Shown here: piece after piece, positions 8,706 to 17,652 of the stretch | How positions within the stretch are numbered: position 1 is the stretch's first letter | How the letters are laid out: each line of letters opens with the position of its first letter | Source: an uncultured Gammaproteobacteria bacterium | GTDB lineage: Bacteria; Patescibacteriota; Patescibacteriia; Patescibacteriales; GWC2-42-12 | Reading direction: 5' to 3' | DNA: 64,000 nucleotides | Assembly: GCA_964560005.1 (NCBI GenBank) | Contig: CAZLKB010000003.1 | Coordinates: 40,712-104,711 of the forward strand | Position numbers and translations under genes: made by a program | Notes under the pieces: generated by a model | Database searches by the model: none | Seen by the model: only the letters and a program-made list of their open reading frames with translations | What the model was told of the DNA's origin: nothing

Positions 8706-9734
8706 TTAAACATTTTTTTTATTTCTGTCAAGGTAAGCAAAAAATACTACCGCCAAGAGCATCATGCCGACCAGCAAAGCCAGGGCATAAACTTTACCAA
8801 TGCTTTGCAAAAACAAGGCGCTAAAGCCGAAGATTACGGCTAGAGCGTAATATAGCAAAACCGATTTTCTGACGGTAAGGCCCAAGGTAAGCAGCCGAAA
8901 ATGCAGATGCTTCCGATCCGCGATTTTAAACGGATTCTGGCCGGCCGCCAGGCGCCGCAGTATGGTCCAAACCACATCTAAGATCGGTATGCCCATAACT
9001 AGAAGAGCTATGGCGATTTTTCCGCCGGAAATTATCGCTAGCACCCCTAAGGCGTAGCCTAAAAATAAAGAACCGCCTTCGCCCAAAAAAATACGAGCCG
9101 GATGCCAATTAAAAAATAAAAATCCCAGGCAGGCCGCGGTTAAGACCAGCGCGGCGAAACCGATATCCGGCTGATAATATTTTTGCGATAAAGTAAAAAG
9201 AAATATAATGAATGCGCCGATAGCGGTCAAGCCGGTGACCAGGCCGTCCAGACCGTCGAGCAGCTTGGTCGTATACATCATGCCTAGAAGCCAGAGAGCA
9301 ATTAAAATAGCCGAAGCCGAGCCTAAGTATAAATAACCGCCCAGCGGGTTGGTAATTTTTTCAATCTCCACTCCGCCGGCGATCAGGCTGATAACGGCTA
9401 AACAAGGAAAAATAAACTGATAAACCGGTTTTAAATTATATTTATCGTCCAGATATCCGCCGATCATTAAAAAGCAGGCGCCGATGAAAAACGAGAGCCA
9501 ATGCCTTACGAGAAGATTGCCGGTAAGTATTTTATCCTGAAAAACGAATAAAATAATAAAAAAAGCCAAAAAAACCGCCAGACCGCCGAGCAAGGGAATA
9601 TTACCTTGATGAAATTTTCTCTCTTTATCCGGCTGATCGGTAATCTTAAATTTTTTAGCTAAACGCAAAACTAAAAAAGTCAGCCCTAAGGCTAACAAAA
9701 TGGTAATAACAAAAATTTCAAAATAAAAAAGCAT
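8706..9734 (-). CDS. Polyprenyl-phosphate N-acetylhexosamine-1-phosphate transferase (WecA/TagO/MraY family, GT4)
   Basis: Polytopic membrane protein with the GGYLDDKYNL and DGLDGL motifs of the MraY/WecA family. The true mraY, with a KSGTPTMGG motif, is at 52244-53293. Confidence 0.75.
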   Translation of the reverse strand: MLFYFEIFVITILLALGLTFLVLRLAKKFKITDQPDKERKFHQGNIPLLGGLAVFLAFFIILFVFQDKILTGNLLVRHWLSFFIGACFLMIGGYLDDKYNLKPVYQFIFPCLAVISLIAGGVEIEKITNPLGGYLYLGSASAILIALWLLGMMYTTKLLDGLDGLVTGLTAIGAFIIFLFTLSQKYYQPDIGFAALVLTAACLGFLFFNWHPARIFLGEGGSLFLGYALGVLAIISGGKIAIALLVMGIPILDVVWTILRRLAAGQNPFKIADRKHLHFRLLTLGLTVRKSVLLYYALAVIFGFSALFLQSIGKVYALALLVGMMLLAVVFFAYLDRNKKNV

Positions 9735-9994
9735 AAATTATTGTTCTTATCGAACCCTTCTTTTTTTATATGCTGGTTTTCTGCCACGCTTTCCATGGCT
9801 ATCATAAATTGAAATATCTCTCTGATTATAATTTAATCTATTTTTCAAAATATTTTTTTCTACTTCGTCCACAATTTTTTCTTGATCGTCTGTAAGCTTA
9901 GAGGGGTCAGGCTGGCTAAACGGCTCTCTAATCTCATATTCTTTCTCAAGATACGAAGGCTCTCTGCTTATGTCGTTTAAATCAATTTTCTTTA

Positions 9995-10152
9995 CATTTC
10001 TTTTACACTGCTTTCCGTCAACAGGTCCTCTTTTTCCATTAAGATTTCGCTTGGATTAGGACTTGGATCAGGTACTTCTTCTATAGGTATAAACATCTTT
10101 CTTCTTGCACTATGGGGAATTTTATTCATGTTGTCTGGATCAAAAAATTTCA
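9995..10152 (-). CDS. Small ORF (52 aa); possibly the 5' part of a frameshifted gene that continues in another frame to 9741
   Basis: MKFFDPDNMNK...SVKEM stop. An adjacent, overlapping open frame with no start codon (KKIDLNDISREPSYLEKEY...KKRRVR) runs to 9741. See findings. Confidence 0.2.
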
Positions 10153-10226
10153 TAAAATTATGCGGCCTCGTCTATCAAGACATTAAACTAGTTGTTATTA
10201 ATTGAAAATTGATAATTGAAAATTAT

Positions 10227-12983
10227 TTATAGCTCTCTCCCCCGCTTGACGCTGATCTTGGCTTCGCCGTCTATTACCACCGTATCCCTTCTCTTAATGC
10301 CGTCTTTTAAAACTATATTGGCTATTTCGTTTTCAATTTTTTCTTGAAGCAGGCGCCTGAGCGGGCGGGCGCCGAATTTCGGGTCAAACCCCAGAGCGGC
10401 TAATTTCTTAATTCCGGTTTCTTCATATTCCAGGCCGATGCCCTTGGCTTCCAATAATCGGGATACTTTTTTTAACATCAATTTAGTAATGCTTTCCACA
10501 TCCCCGAGGCTCAAGGGTTTAAATACTATAACGCCGTCAAAACGGTTAATCAATTCCGGCCTGATAAATTTATTTAATTGATCATTAACCAAGGACTCTT
10601 TAATTTGTTCAAGCGGAGTTCCCTTCTTGATTTCGTCCTGAATATAGACCGCGCCGATATTGGAGGTGGCGATTATAATACTAGAGGTAAAATCAATTGT
10701 CCGCCCCTGCCCGTCGGTCAGCCGGCCGTCGTCCATTACCTGCAAAAATAAATTCAATATATCAGGATGGGCTTTTTCTATTTCATCCAATAAAATGAGG
10801 CAAAACGGCGCTTTACGCACGGCTTCGGTTAAATAGCCTAAAATACCGTCCGGCGAACCGATCATTTTTTCTAGAGATTCCGGCCGTTGATACTCGCTCA
10901 TATCCAGCCTAACCATATAGTTCTCATTGCCGAAATAAACTTCCGCTACCGTCTTGGCTAATTCGGTCTTACCCACTCCGGTCGGCCCCAGAAAAAGAAA
11001 ATTGGCTATCGGCCTCTTGGTTTCCCTTAACTCGGTTCTGGCTCGCCTTAGACTGGCCGCGACCATAGCGACGGCTTCTACCTGGCCAACCATCCGTTTA
11101 TGCATATTCTCTTCTAAATCCAGCAAAGCTCCACTCTCCTTCTCCGTAATTTTAGTCAAAGGAATTTTAGTCTTCCGGCTAATGACGCTCGCTACATCTT
11201 CGGCGTCAACTATGCTATTTACGCCTTTATTCGTTGATACTTCAACCGCGATTGATTCCAAAACATCAACCGCTTTGGCCGGTAAAAATTTATCGTGAAT
11301 ATATTTAGCGGTTAATTCCACGGCTTTAGCAATACTGTCATAAGTGAAATAGACTTTATATTTTGCTTCATAAAAACCGATCTTGCTTTCAATCATCTGA
11401 ATGGCTAAATTCATATCAGGCTCGCTGACTTCAACTTTGGCCATGGCGTCGCCCAGCGGCTTATTTTCAACATATTTGGCATAATTTTTTTCACTGACCG
11501 AGGCTAAGCAAATAAATTCGCGGCGGCTTAAGGCATTGGATAAAACTTCAGATAATTCCAGGCTTTCTTCCTGGCCCGCGGTAATACCCATTAAATTTTC
11601 AATATTGCTAATATATAAAATAATATTTCTCGCCCGCGCCACTTCGTCAATAATAACCAAGAGCCTTTCTTCGGCTTTGGCTGGAGTCGCTCCGCTTAAG
11701 AGCCGGGGAATATCCAATTCCAGCAATCTTTTGTCTTTCAGGATTTTCGGCACATCTTCTTCCACCATCGCCCGCGCCACCTGACCGATGATCATATCTT
11801 TGCCTGCGCCGTTCGGACCGTAAAGCAATACTCCGCTTCTGCCGCTTTCCAAGTTTTGAAAAATCGCCTGGACTTCTCTCTCCCTGCCGACGCATAACTC
11901 CAACCTGCCCCATTTGGCGGCCAAGGTTAAGTCGTAAGAAAAGTGATTTAAAATCGGCGTAGCCACGGCGGTATAAGCTCGGTCCATTGAGCTGGCGGGC
12001 TTAAACCGGGAAGCTCGGCGATAAAGCCGGTAATTTTCCACCAATCGCTCGCTGATAACAAACCACTGAATGACATTATTAATTTTATCCCGGTCAATGC
12101 CCAGATCATAAAGTATTTCAGTTAAATTCTGATCGCGTTTAAGGCAGGGCAAGATGAAATTAATCGGATCTACTTTCTTTTGGCCTAAAGCCTCGGCATT
12201 AATATAGCTTTCCAGGAAAATCTCTTTTAATTCCAAAGATAAGCCGGTAGAATCGGCGCCGGCTTCCAAAGATAATAGCTGATTTTTTAACTTGCTGATC
12301 AATTTATCCGGATCGGCGTTAAGGCGTGAAAATAGGGCGGCCGCCGAATTATCTCTTAAGAGGCAAAAAAATAAATGAATCGGCTTAATCTCGCGGTGCT
12401 TGGCAAAATTCGCCAAAAGAAAAGCCTGCTCTACGACTTTAAACGCGCTCAAGCTAAAACCGTTTGATACTTCAATTTTGTATTTTCCCTTGCTGCTTCT
12501 AAACTCCAGCCAGTTATTAGGCGTTAGGTTCTCAATAGCCTCTCCATATTTAATTTTTTTTATTTTTTTCTTAGACGCTTCCTCCTCGCTTAAACGATAG
12601 ATGACAAACATGTCGGCGATTAAACTCACCCAAAATATAAGAATAAAAATACTTTTAACGCGCCAAAAGGCCAAAACGGTAAAATCGCCGGTATTCAAGC
12701 TGGCTAAATAAACCCAATAAGCTAAAGCCAGTAAACCGCATAAACCGGCGGCATAAGCCAATAAATTAACCACCAGGTGCAAGCTGGTTTTTAAATGCCT
12801 TAATTTTATAATCGGACGGCTTAACTCTAAATTGCTAAAATAAAATCTATTTTGATAATAAGCGATTAAGCCGTGGCCAAAACAATTTTTACATATCAGG
12901 CCGTGATCCAATACGCCGGCGCTGTTGCAAGCGGAGCAGGTGATGAATTGAATTGAATTTTTATTTATATCTTGTTTAGGCAT
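10227..12983 (-). CDS. ClpC/ClpB-like AAA+ chaperone with N-terminal zinc ribbon and transmembrane segments; first ATPase domain degenerate
   Basis: N-terminus CSACNSAGV...CKNCFGHG plus two hydrophobic helices. Clp N-domain repeats follow. NBD1 has Walker A GPNGAGKD and no DE in Walker B (IILYISNIENL). NBD2 is canonical (GPTGVGKTELAK; LILLDEIEKAHPD). The C-terminal D2-small domain is present. Confidence 0.85.
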   Translation of the reverse strand: MPKQDINKNSIQFITCSACNSAGVLDHGLICKNCFGHGLIAYYQNRFYFSNLELSRPIIKLRHLKTSLHLVVNLLAYAAGLCGLLALAYWVYLASLNTGDFTVLAFWRVKSIFILIFWVSLIADMFVIYRLSEEEASKKKIKKIKYGEAIENLTPNNWLEFRSSKGKYKIEVSNGFSLSAFKVVEQAFLLANFAKHREIKPIHLFFCLLRDNSAAALFSRLNADPDKLISKLKNQLLSLEAGADSTGLSLELKEIFLESYINAEALGQKKVDPINFILPCLKRDQNLTEILYDLGIDRDKINNVIQWFVISERLVENYRLYRRASRFKPASSMDRAYTAVATPILNHFSYDLTLAAKWGRLELCVGREREVQAIFQNLESGRSGVLLYGPNGAGKDMIIGQVARAMVEEDVPKILKDKRLLELDIPRLLSGATPAKAEERLLVIIDEVARARNIILYISNIENLMGITAGQEESLELSEVLSNALSRREFICLASVSEKNYAKYVENKPLGDAMAKVEVSEPDMNLAIQMIESKIGFYEAKYKVYFTYDSIAKAVELTAKYIHDKFLPAKAVDVLESIAVEVSTNKGVNSIVDAEDVASVISRKTKIPLTKITEKESGALLDLEENMHKRMVGQVEAVAMVAASLRRARTELRETKRPIANFLFLGPTGVGKTELAKTVAEVYFGNENYMVRLDMSEYQRPESLEKMIGSPDGILGYLTEAVRKAPFCLILLDEIEKAHPDILNLFLQVMDDGRLTDGQGRTIDFTSSIIIATSNIGAVYIQDEIKKGTPLEQIKESLVNDQLNKFIRPELINRFDGVIVFKPLSLGDVESITKLMLKKVSRLLEAKGIGLEYEETGIKKLAALGFDPKFGARPLRRLLQEKIENEIANIVLKDGIKRRDTVVIDGEAKISVKRGREL

Positions 12984-12984
12984 T

Positions 12985-13350
12985 TTAAATTAAAAGTTGA
13001 ATAGTTATTTCATAAATAACCAAGACCGGCAACAAAACCCAAAAACAGATCGCTAAAAACGCCAGGCTAAACCAAACCAGCATAACCAGGCTTCTAAAAA
13101 TGATCTGGCCTAAACGGACAAAAAAGCTGATCAGCATCCCCTGCCAATCATATTGAGCGTACATCGGCTTAAAAATATTTTTTATCCAAACCAACAGCGC
13201 CAAAGCTTTTTGCTGGTTTATCAAAAAATTTCTTACTCCCAAAATAAATTTGACCAAGCCGCGCGAATACCACCAAACCGGGAAATAAATTATATCCCTG
13301 AATAATTCAACAATAATTTGACCGGCGTAAAAAATAAAACTATTAGACAT
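12985..13350 (-). CDS. Hypothetical integral membrane protein (121 aa), operonic with the Clp-like ATPase
   Basis: Three or four hydrophobic helices. Its stop abuts the start of the Clp-like gene. Confidence 0.5.
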   Translation of the reverse strand: MSNSFIFYAGQIIVELFRDIIYFPVWWYSRGLVKFILGVRNFLINQQKALALLVWIKNIFKPMYAQYDWQGMLISFFVRLGQIIFRSLVMLVWFSLAFLAICFWVLLPVLVIYEITIQLLI

Positions 13351-13518
13351 AAAAAATTTAAAATTTAAAAATCAAAGTTAAAAATGACAATGTAAAATTT
13401 AAAAAATTATTATATTCAAACATTTTGCATTTTTAACTGTCATTTTGCATTTTGAGATTTTAACTTTACAATTTTATTATACCATATTCCCCTTTTTTGC
13501 ACCAAGCGCCGGCGAGCC

Positions 13519-13547
13519 TTGACAGTTAATTGGATATTGTGTAATAT
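13519..13547 (+). promoter_or_regulatory. Sigma70-type promoter for secE-nusG (TTGACA-N17-TAATAT)
   Basis: ttgaca at 13519-13524, a 17-nt spacer, and taatat at 13542-13547. It lies inside the ORF-track N-terminal extension of secE, which argues for the 13656 start. Confidence 0.55.
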
Positions 13548-13655
13548 ATAAACATCAATCAATAACACCCGCCAGGGTTGTTTTTTAATAAAACTAACCT
13601 GCCTTTCACCGCTTTAAAAATCCGGGGCGCGGGAAATAAATATAACCTATCAAAT

Positions 13656-13871
13656 ATGGAAAATGAAACTAAATCCAACGGCGTAAATAAAATCATCACC
13701 TACATTAAGGCGTCAATTGAAGAGATGAAAAAGGTTACTTGGCCGACCAAGAAAGAAACCTATAATTATACCCTGCTGGTAATTTTTATCAGTATTGGCG
13801 TGGCTCTATTCTTGGGACTCCTGGATATTATTTTCACCAAGGGTCTGGAATATTTAATTATCAATAAATAG
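13656..13871 (+). CDS. secE: Preprotein translocase subunit SecE
   Basis: C-terminal EEMKKVTWPTKKETYNYTLLVIFISIGVALFLGLLD is the SecE TM signature, directly upstream of nusG. The ORF-track start at 13578 is probably an artefact; the start used here is the Met at 13656. Confidence 0.8.
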   Translation: MENETKSNGVNKIITYIKASIEEMKKVTWPTKKETYNYTLLVIFISIGVALFLGLLDIIFTKGLEYLIINK

Positions 13872-13907
13872 CCTAATTTTAATTATTATTAGCTTTGAAT
13901 TATTCAT

Positions 13908-14453
13908 ATGGCAAAACAAATATTAAATCAAGGCCGGCGCTGGTATGTGCTCCATACTTATTCGGGTTACGAAGAGAATGTTTCGCAGAATTTAAAGCAA
14001 AGGATTGAATCCATGGACATGGAAGACAAAATTTTTAATATTCTTATTCCTACGGAAAAAAAGATTAAAATAAAAAACGGCAAACGGAAAATAGTTGAAG
14101 AAAAAATTTTCCCCGGCTATGTTTTAGTGGAGATGATCGTCACCGATGATTCTTGGTATGTGGTCAGAAATACGCCGAATGTAACCGGCTTCGTCGGCAC
14201 CGGCACGGTTCCGACTCCGATCGCTGAAAATGAAATTAAAGATCTGCAAAAACGGATGGGTGTGGAAGAGCCGAAATTTAAAATTGATGTGTCAATTAAT
14301 TCGCCGGCGCGCATTATTGACGGCCCCTTTAAGAATTTAGAGGGCAAAGTTGTGGAAATTGACGAGGCTAAGGGCAAAATTAAAGTTTCAGTTTCCATGT
14401 TCGGCCGCGAAACCCCGGTGGAGCTGGATTTTTTACAAATTAAAAAGATTTAA
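13908..14453 (+). CDS. nusG: Transcription termination/antitermination factor NusG
   Basis: NGN domain (RWYVLHTYSGYEENV) and C-terminal KOW domain (FKNLEGKVVEIDEAKGKIKVSVSMFGR). Confidence 0.95.
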   Translation: MAKQILNQGRRWYVLHTYSGYEENVSQNLKQRIESMDMEDKIFNILIPTEKKIKIKNGKRKIVEEKIFPGYVLVEMIVTDDSWYVVRNTPNVTGFVGTGTVPTPIAENEIKDLQKRMGVEEPKFKIDVSINSPARIIDGPFKNLEGKVVEIDEAKGKIKVSVSMFGRETPVELDFLQIKKI

Positions 14454-14576
14454 CCCTACAAATCAACAAATCCATTACAAATATACAAATTAGGCTTCTT
14501 ATATTTGTAAATTTGTAGCAAAATTTGTAAATTTGTGGGTATATAAAGATGATATAATCACTAAACTAATTAAGGT

Positions 14577-14996
14577 ATGAAAAAAATATTAACTAAAGTG
14601 AAACTGCAAATCCCGGCCGGCCAAGCCAATCCCGCTCCTCCGGTAGGACCGGCCTTAGGCCAGCACGGCTTGAATATCTCGCAATTCTGCCAGGCATTTA
14701 ATGAAAAAACCAAGGCTAAAATGGGCGATATCACACCGGTAGAAATAACCATCTACGAAGACCGAACTTACACATTTATTTTAAAGACCCCGCCGGCCGC
14801 GGAATTAATCAAAAAATACGCTAAAATTCCTAAAGGTTCGGGCAAGCCGCTGGCCGAAAAAGTCGGTAGTATTACTAAAGCTCAACTGAAAGAAATTGCT
14901 GAAATCAAAATGCCGGACCTGAATGCGCATGATATTGAAGCGGCTATGAGAATCGTCGCCGGCACCGCACGGCAAATGGGAGTGGAGATTAAGTAG
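14577..14996 (+). CDS. rplK: 50S ribosomal protein L11
   Basis: [26 protein letters not shown] matches the bL11 signature. Confidence 0.95.
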   Translation: MKKILTKVKLQIPAGQANPAPPVGPALGQHGLNISQFCQAFNEKTKAKMGDITPVEITIYEDRTYTFILKTPPAAELIKKYAKIPKGSGKPLAEKVGSITKAQLKEIAEIKMPDLNAHDIEAAMRIVAGTARQMGVEIK

Positions 14997-15118
14997 TTGA
15001 AAATTAAAAAATCAAAATGTAAAATTACAGTTTAAAATGCAAAGTTTAAATTTATAAATTTTAAATTTTACATTGTCATTTTTAACTTTAATTTTTGCAT
15101 TTTACATTAATAACTAAT
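14997..15118. repeat. Family A palindromic AT-rich intergenic element (aaaatgtaaaat/gacaatg type) between rplK and rplA
   Basis: aaaatcaaaatgtaaaattacagtttaaaatgcaaag...aaattttacattgtcatttttaactttaatttttgcattttacatt has imperfect inverted symmetry. One of at least seven copies in the window. Confidence 0.7.
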
Positions 15119-15164
15119 TTGTGGAAGCTCTGAATCAAAGAGCGATATTACCACGAAATAAATT

Positions 15165-15881
15165 ATGAAAAAAGAATCAGTGACCGCAAAGGCTGCAGCG
15201 GACAAAAAAAAGCAGAACAACAAGGTGGAGACAACGGAATATGACCGAAGTAAAGCTTATCCGATCGCCGAAGCCATTGAATTGACTAAGAAGCTTTCTA
15301 AAACCAAGTTTGATGCTTCGGTGGAAGTTCACTTTAAACTGGGTATTGACATTAAAAAGGGCGAACAGCAGGTCAGAGTGGCCGTTCCCCTGCCCCACGG
15401 CACGGGTAAGACCATAAAAGTCGCCGCTTTCGTAACTCAGGCTAAAGAAAAAGAAGTGCGCGAAGCCGGTGCCGATTTAGTCGGCAGCGAAGAATTGATC
15501 GCTGAGATCAAAAAAACCGAAAAGACTAATTTTCAGGTGGCGGTGGCCGAGCCGGCTATGATGAAAAACCTGGGACAAATCGCTAAAATCCTAGGCACCC
15601 GCGGACTGATGCCTTCGCCCAAGAACGATACCGTAACTACCGACCCGGCTAAAGCTGTCCGAGAGCTTAAAAAAGGAAAAGTCAGCTTAAAGAATGACGA
15701 TACCGGAAATGTCCATGTAGCCATCGGCAAAGTCTCCTTTGACAGCCAAAAATTAATTCAAAATTTCGATGTTTTATTGGATGCCGTTAGAAAAGCCAAG
15801 CCGTCCAGCTCCAAAGGAATTTACTTAAAAAATATCACGATTTGCTCAACTATGGGACCGGGTATAAGAGTGGCGATCTAA
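15165..15881 (+). CDS. rplA: 50S ribosomal protein L1
   Basis: Full-length uL1 pattern (KFDASVEVHFKLGIDIKKGEQQVRVAVPLPHGTGK). Confidence 0.95.
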   Translation: MKKESVTAKAAADKKKQNNKVETTEYDRSKAYPIAEAIELTKKLSKTKFDASVEVHFKLGIDIKKGEQQVRVAVPLPHGTGKTIKVAAFVTQAKEKEVREAGADLVGSEELIAEIKKTEKTNFQVAVAEPAMMKNLGQIAKILGTRGLMPSPKNDTVTTDPAKAVRELKKGKVSLKNDDTGNVHVAIGKVSFDSQKLIQNFDVLLDAVRKAKPSSSKGIYLKNITICSTMGPGIRVAI

Positions 15882-15915
15882 AATATCATAAATCACAACC
15901 CGTAACCCGTAACGC

Positions 15916-15945
15916 AAAACACCAGGCTGACTCGCCTGGTGTTTT
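15916..15945 (+). terminator. Rho-independent terminator after rplA
   Basis: aaaacaccaggc-tgactcg-cctggtgtttt hairpin with a T run. Confidence 0.7.
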
Positions 15946-16030
15946 GTTTAGTCATTAAGCTACTGTTGACTTTTTAAAATAGTAGAGTTAACCTTTATAT
16001 TAAAGGATTGAACCAAGCAAAAAATAAAAA

Positions 16031-16213
16031 ATGAAAACGCCAGTTGTAAATCGAAAAAAACTGCCCGGCCCGGACGAAGAAATGACAGGAGGGGGCAAGT
16101 GGAATACCACCGGTTCAAAACCCAAGCTGGTTGAAAAGCCGAAACCGCCTGTGATCAGGCCAATGACCGGATCCACATGGAAAGTCGGAAACGGCCAAAG
16201 CCAGGAATGCTAA
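16031..16213 (+). CDS. Small basic Pro/Lys-rich hypothetical protein (60 aa)
   Basis: First of four tandem same-strand small ORFs, each starting MK, in a visibly GC-richer island. Confidence 0.3.
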   Translation: MKTPVVNRKKLPGPDEEMTGGGKWNTTGSKPKLVEKPKPPVIRPMTGSTWKVGNGQSQEC

Positions 16214-16232
16214 AAACAAAAAATGAAAAAAG

Positions 16233-16400
16233 ATAAAAAAAGAACCGACATAAGGCGGAAAAACGCCGCAACCGCTCGCGCCCGAAACGGCCGCAGGCCG
16301 CGCCATAAAGGCCTTCCGACTATCCGCGCTCTTACAACCGTCAGAGCGAAGCTAATAATTTGCGGGCAAGATATTCGCATCCTGATCGTCTGGTAGATTA
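16233..16400 (+). CDS. Small Arg-rich hypothetical protein (55 aa)
   Basis: MKKDKKRTDIRRKNAATARARNGRRPRHKGLPTIRALTTVRAKL.... Not in the ORF track (under 60 aa). Second of the tandem series. Confidence 0.25.
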
Positions 16401-16429
16401 ACAATTGTCAAAAATCGGATCAAAAAAGC

Positions 16430-16603
16430 ATGAAAAATCGTCCTTTCAAACCAATACATCTGCCAAACAAAAATCCATTGGCGCGTGAACCTAAGAAGGA
16501 CCCACGCAAAAATTCCATCACACTAAAACATCCGGAAAAACAACGCTGGGCTTTTCTAAAGAGGGACGGGAAAAGGCCTGTCGGCTTTAAACCAGCTCTC
16601 TAA
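16430..16603 (+). CDS. Small basic hypothetical protein (57 aa)
   Basis: MKNRPFKPIHLPNKNPLAREPKKDPRKNSITLKHPEKQRWAFLKRDGKRPVGFKPAL. Third of the tandem series. Confidence 0.25.
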   Translation: MKNRPFKPIHLPNKNPLAREPKKDPRKNSITLKHPEKQRWAFLKRDGKRPVGFKPAL

Positions 16604-16642
16604 ACGCGTAACATCCGGTCATAAAAACAACACCTGAAAAAT

Positions 16643-16849
16643 ATGAAAGAGAAGCATTATTCTAGAGAGGATAGAAAGCATCGCGGAGCCCATAACTGTT
16701 GGTCATGCCGCTGTGGCCTTACCAATGGGCAAATCAGTAGGGGGGAACATTACTGCGCTAATTGCAAACCAAAGGCACTGTCAACGATGATAACAGATCA
16801 AAGATTCGGCACTTCAGCGAACAACTACTTCCTCCAACCCCGCGTGTAA
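16643..16849 (+). CDS. Small zinc-ribbon protein (68 aa; CxxC...CxxC)
   Basis: CWSCRCG ... HYCANC. The ORF ends inside a strong terminator hairpin. Confidence 0.45.
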   Translation: MKEKHYSREDRKHRGAHNCWSCRCGLTNGQISRGEHYCANCKPKALSTMITDQRFGTSANNYFLQPRV

Positions 16850-16875
16850 TTCCAAGAAGCACGCGGGGATTTTTT
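16838..16875 (+). terminator. Rho-independent terminator
   Basis: ccccgcgtg-taattccaagaag-cacgcgggg followed by ttttttt. Confidence 0.75.
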
Positions 16876-16958
16876 TATCCGCCATAATTTTATGTAATCA
16901 AAAATCCGGACATTGTCAGTCCGGCTTTTTTAATTTGATTTGATTTTCCAATTGCCGT

Positions 16959-17618
16959 TTAATACTTCGCTTCGTCCAATAAAAATAAATCGTAATCTTT
17001 TTTAAACAGCCTCTGGGCGATATGAAAAATGCCGAAGGTTATAAAATAGGCCGAAGCCACATCAATTGAATAATGGTAATGAGCCAGCAGCACGCTGATT
17101 CCGGCTACGATTGATGAAGATAAAAAAACATAGCGCAAAATTTTCTGCCGCCAGAAAATTAAAGCGAACAAAAACGGCATGCCCGTATGGCCGGAAAAAA
17201 ACAAATCGGTCGGAGTGGTAAAAACGCTGATAAAACTATCCATGGCCGCTCGTTCAGGAAACGGCCCGAAATGAGTTAAGATAATAAAGAATGACCTAAT
17301 AACTATGAACAGCGCCGCGCTTTTTAAGACGAAAGGTATGACTTTGGGTTCGCGGGTAAGCAAATAAATTACAAAAATAATAAAAACCAAGGAGCCCTCA
17401 ACAAATATTATATTAGTATCTATGACCGGCAAAATATTAAGCAAGATATCGGTTACAGCGTTACTTGATTTTAAAGCGGCGTAGATAATGGCATAATAAT
17501 TGATAATAATACTGGCGGTAAAGAACAATACGCCGATTAGAACCGAAATGATAAATTGCTTTTGCGACCAATAAAATTTATGTTTAGCGATAATATGCCG
17601 CATAATACTCGGAAACAA
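16959..17618 (-). CDS. Integral membrane protein, PAP2-like phosphatase superfamily (tentative)
   Basis: Six TM helices. SGHTGMPF and HYHYSIDV resemble PAP2 motifs C2 (PSGH) and C3 (SRx5Hx3D). Confidence 0.45.
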   Translation of the reverse strand: MFPSIMRHIIAKHKFYWSQKQFIISVLIGVLFFTASIIINYYAIIYAALKSSNAVTDILLNILPVIDTNIIFVEGSLVFIIFVIYLLTREPKVIPFVLKSAALFIVIRSFFIILTHFGPFPERAAMDSFISVFTTPTDLFFSGHTGMPFLFALIFWRQKILRYVFLSSSIVAGISVLLAHYHYSIDVASAYFITFGIFHIAQRLFKKDYDLFLLDEAKY

Positions 17619-17652
17619 ATTATTATAAAAATTTTCCGGACAGTCGGCGTTT

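Noticed and set aside
13578-13655. ORF-track N-terminal extension of secE
   Set aside because: A canonical TTGACA-N17-TAATAT promoter lies in the spacer upstream of the annotated 13578 start. The SecE homology begins after the Met at 13656.
16115-16404. Minus-strand ORFs (63 and 64 aa) in the GC-rich island
   Set aside because: They overlap each other and the tandem plus-strand MK-initiated ORFs. The plus-strand set has consistent start contexts and a terminal terminator, so the minus ORFs were not called.
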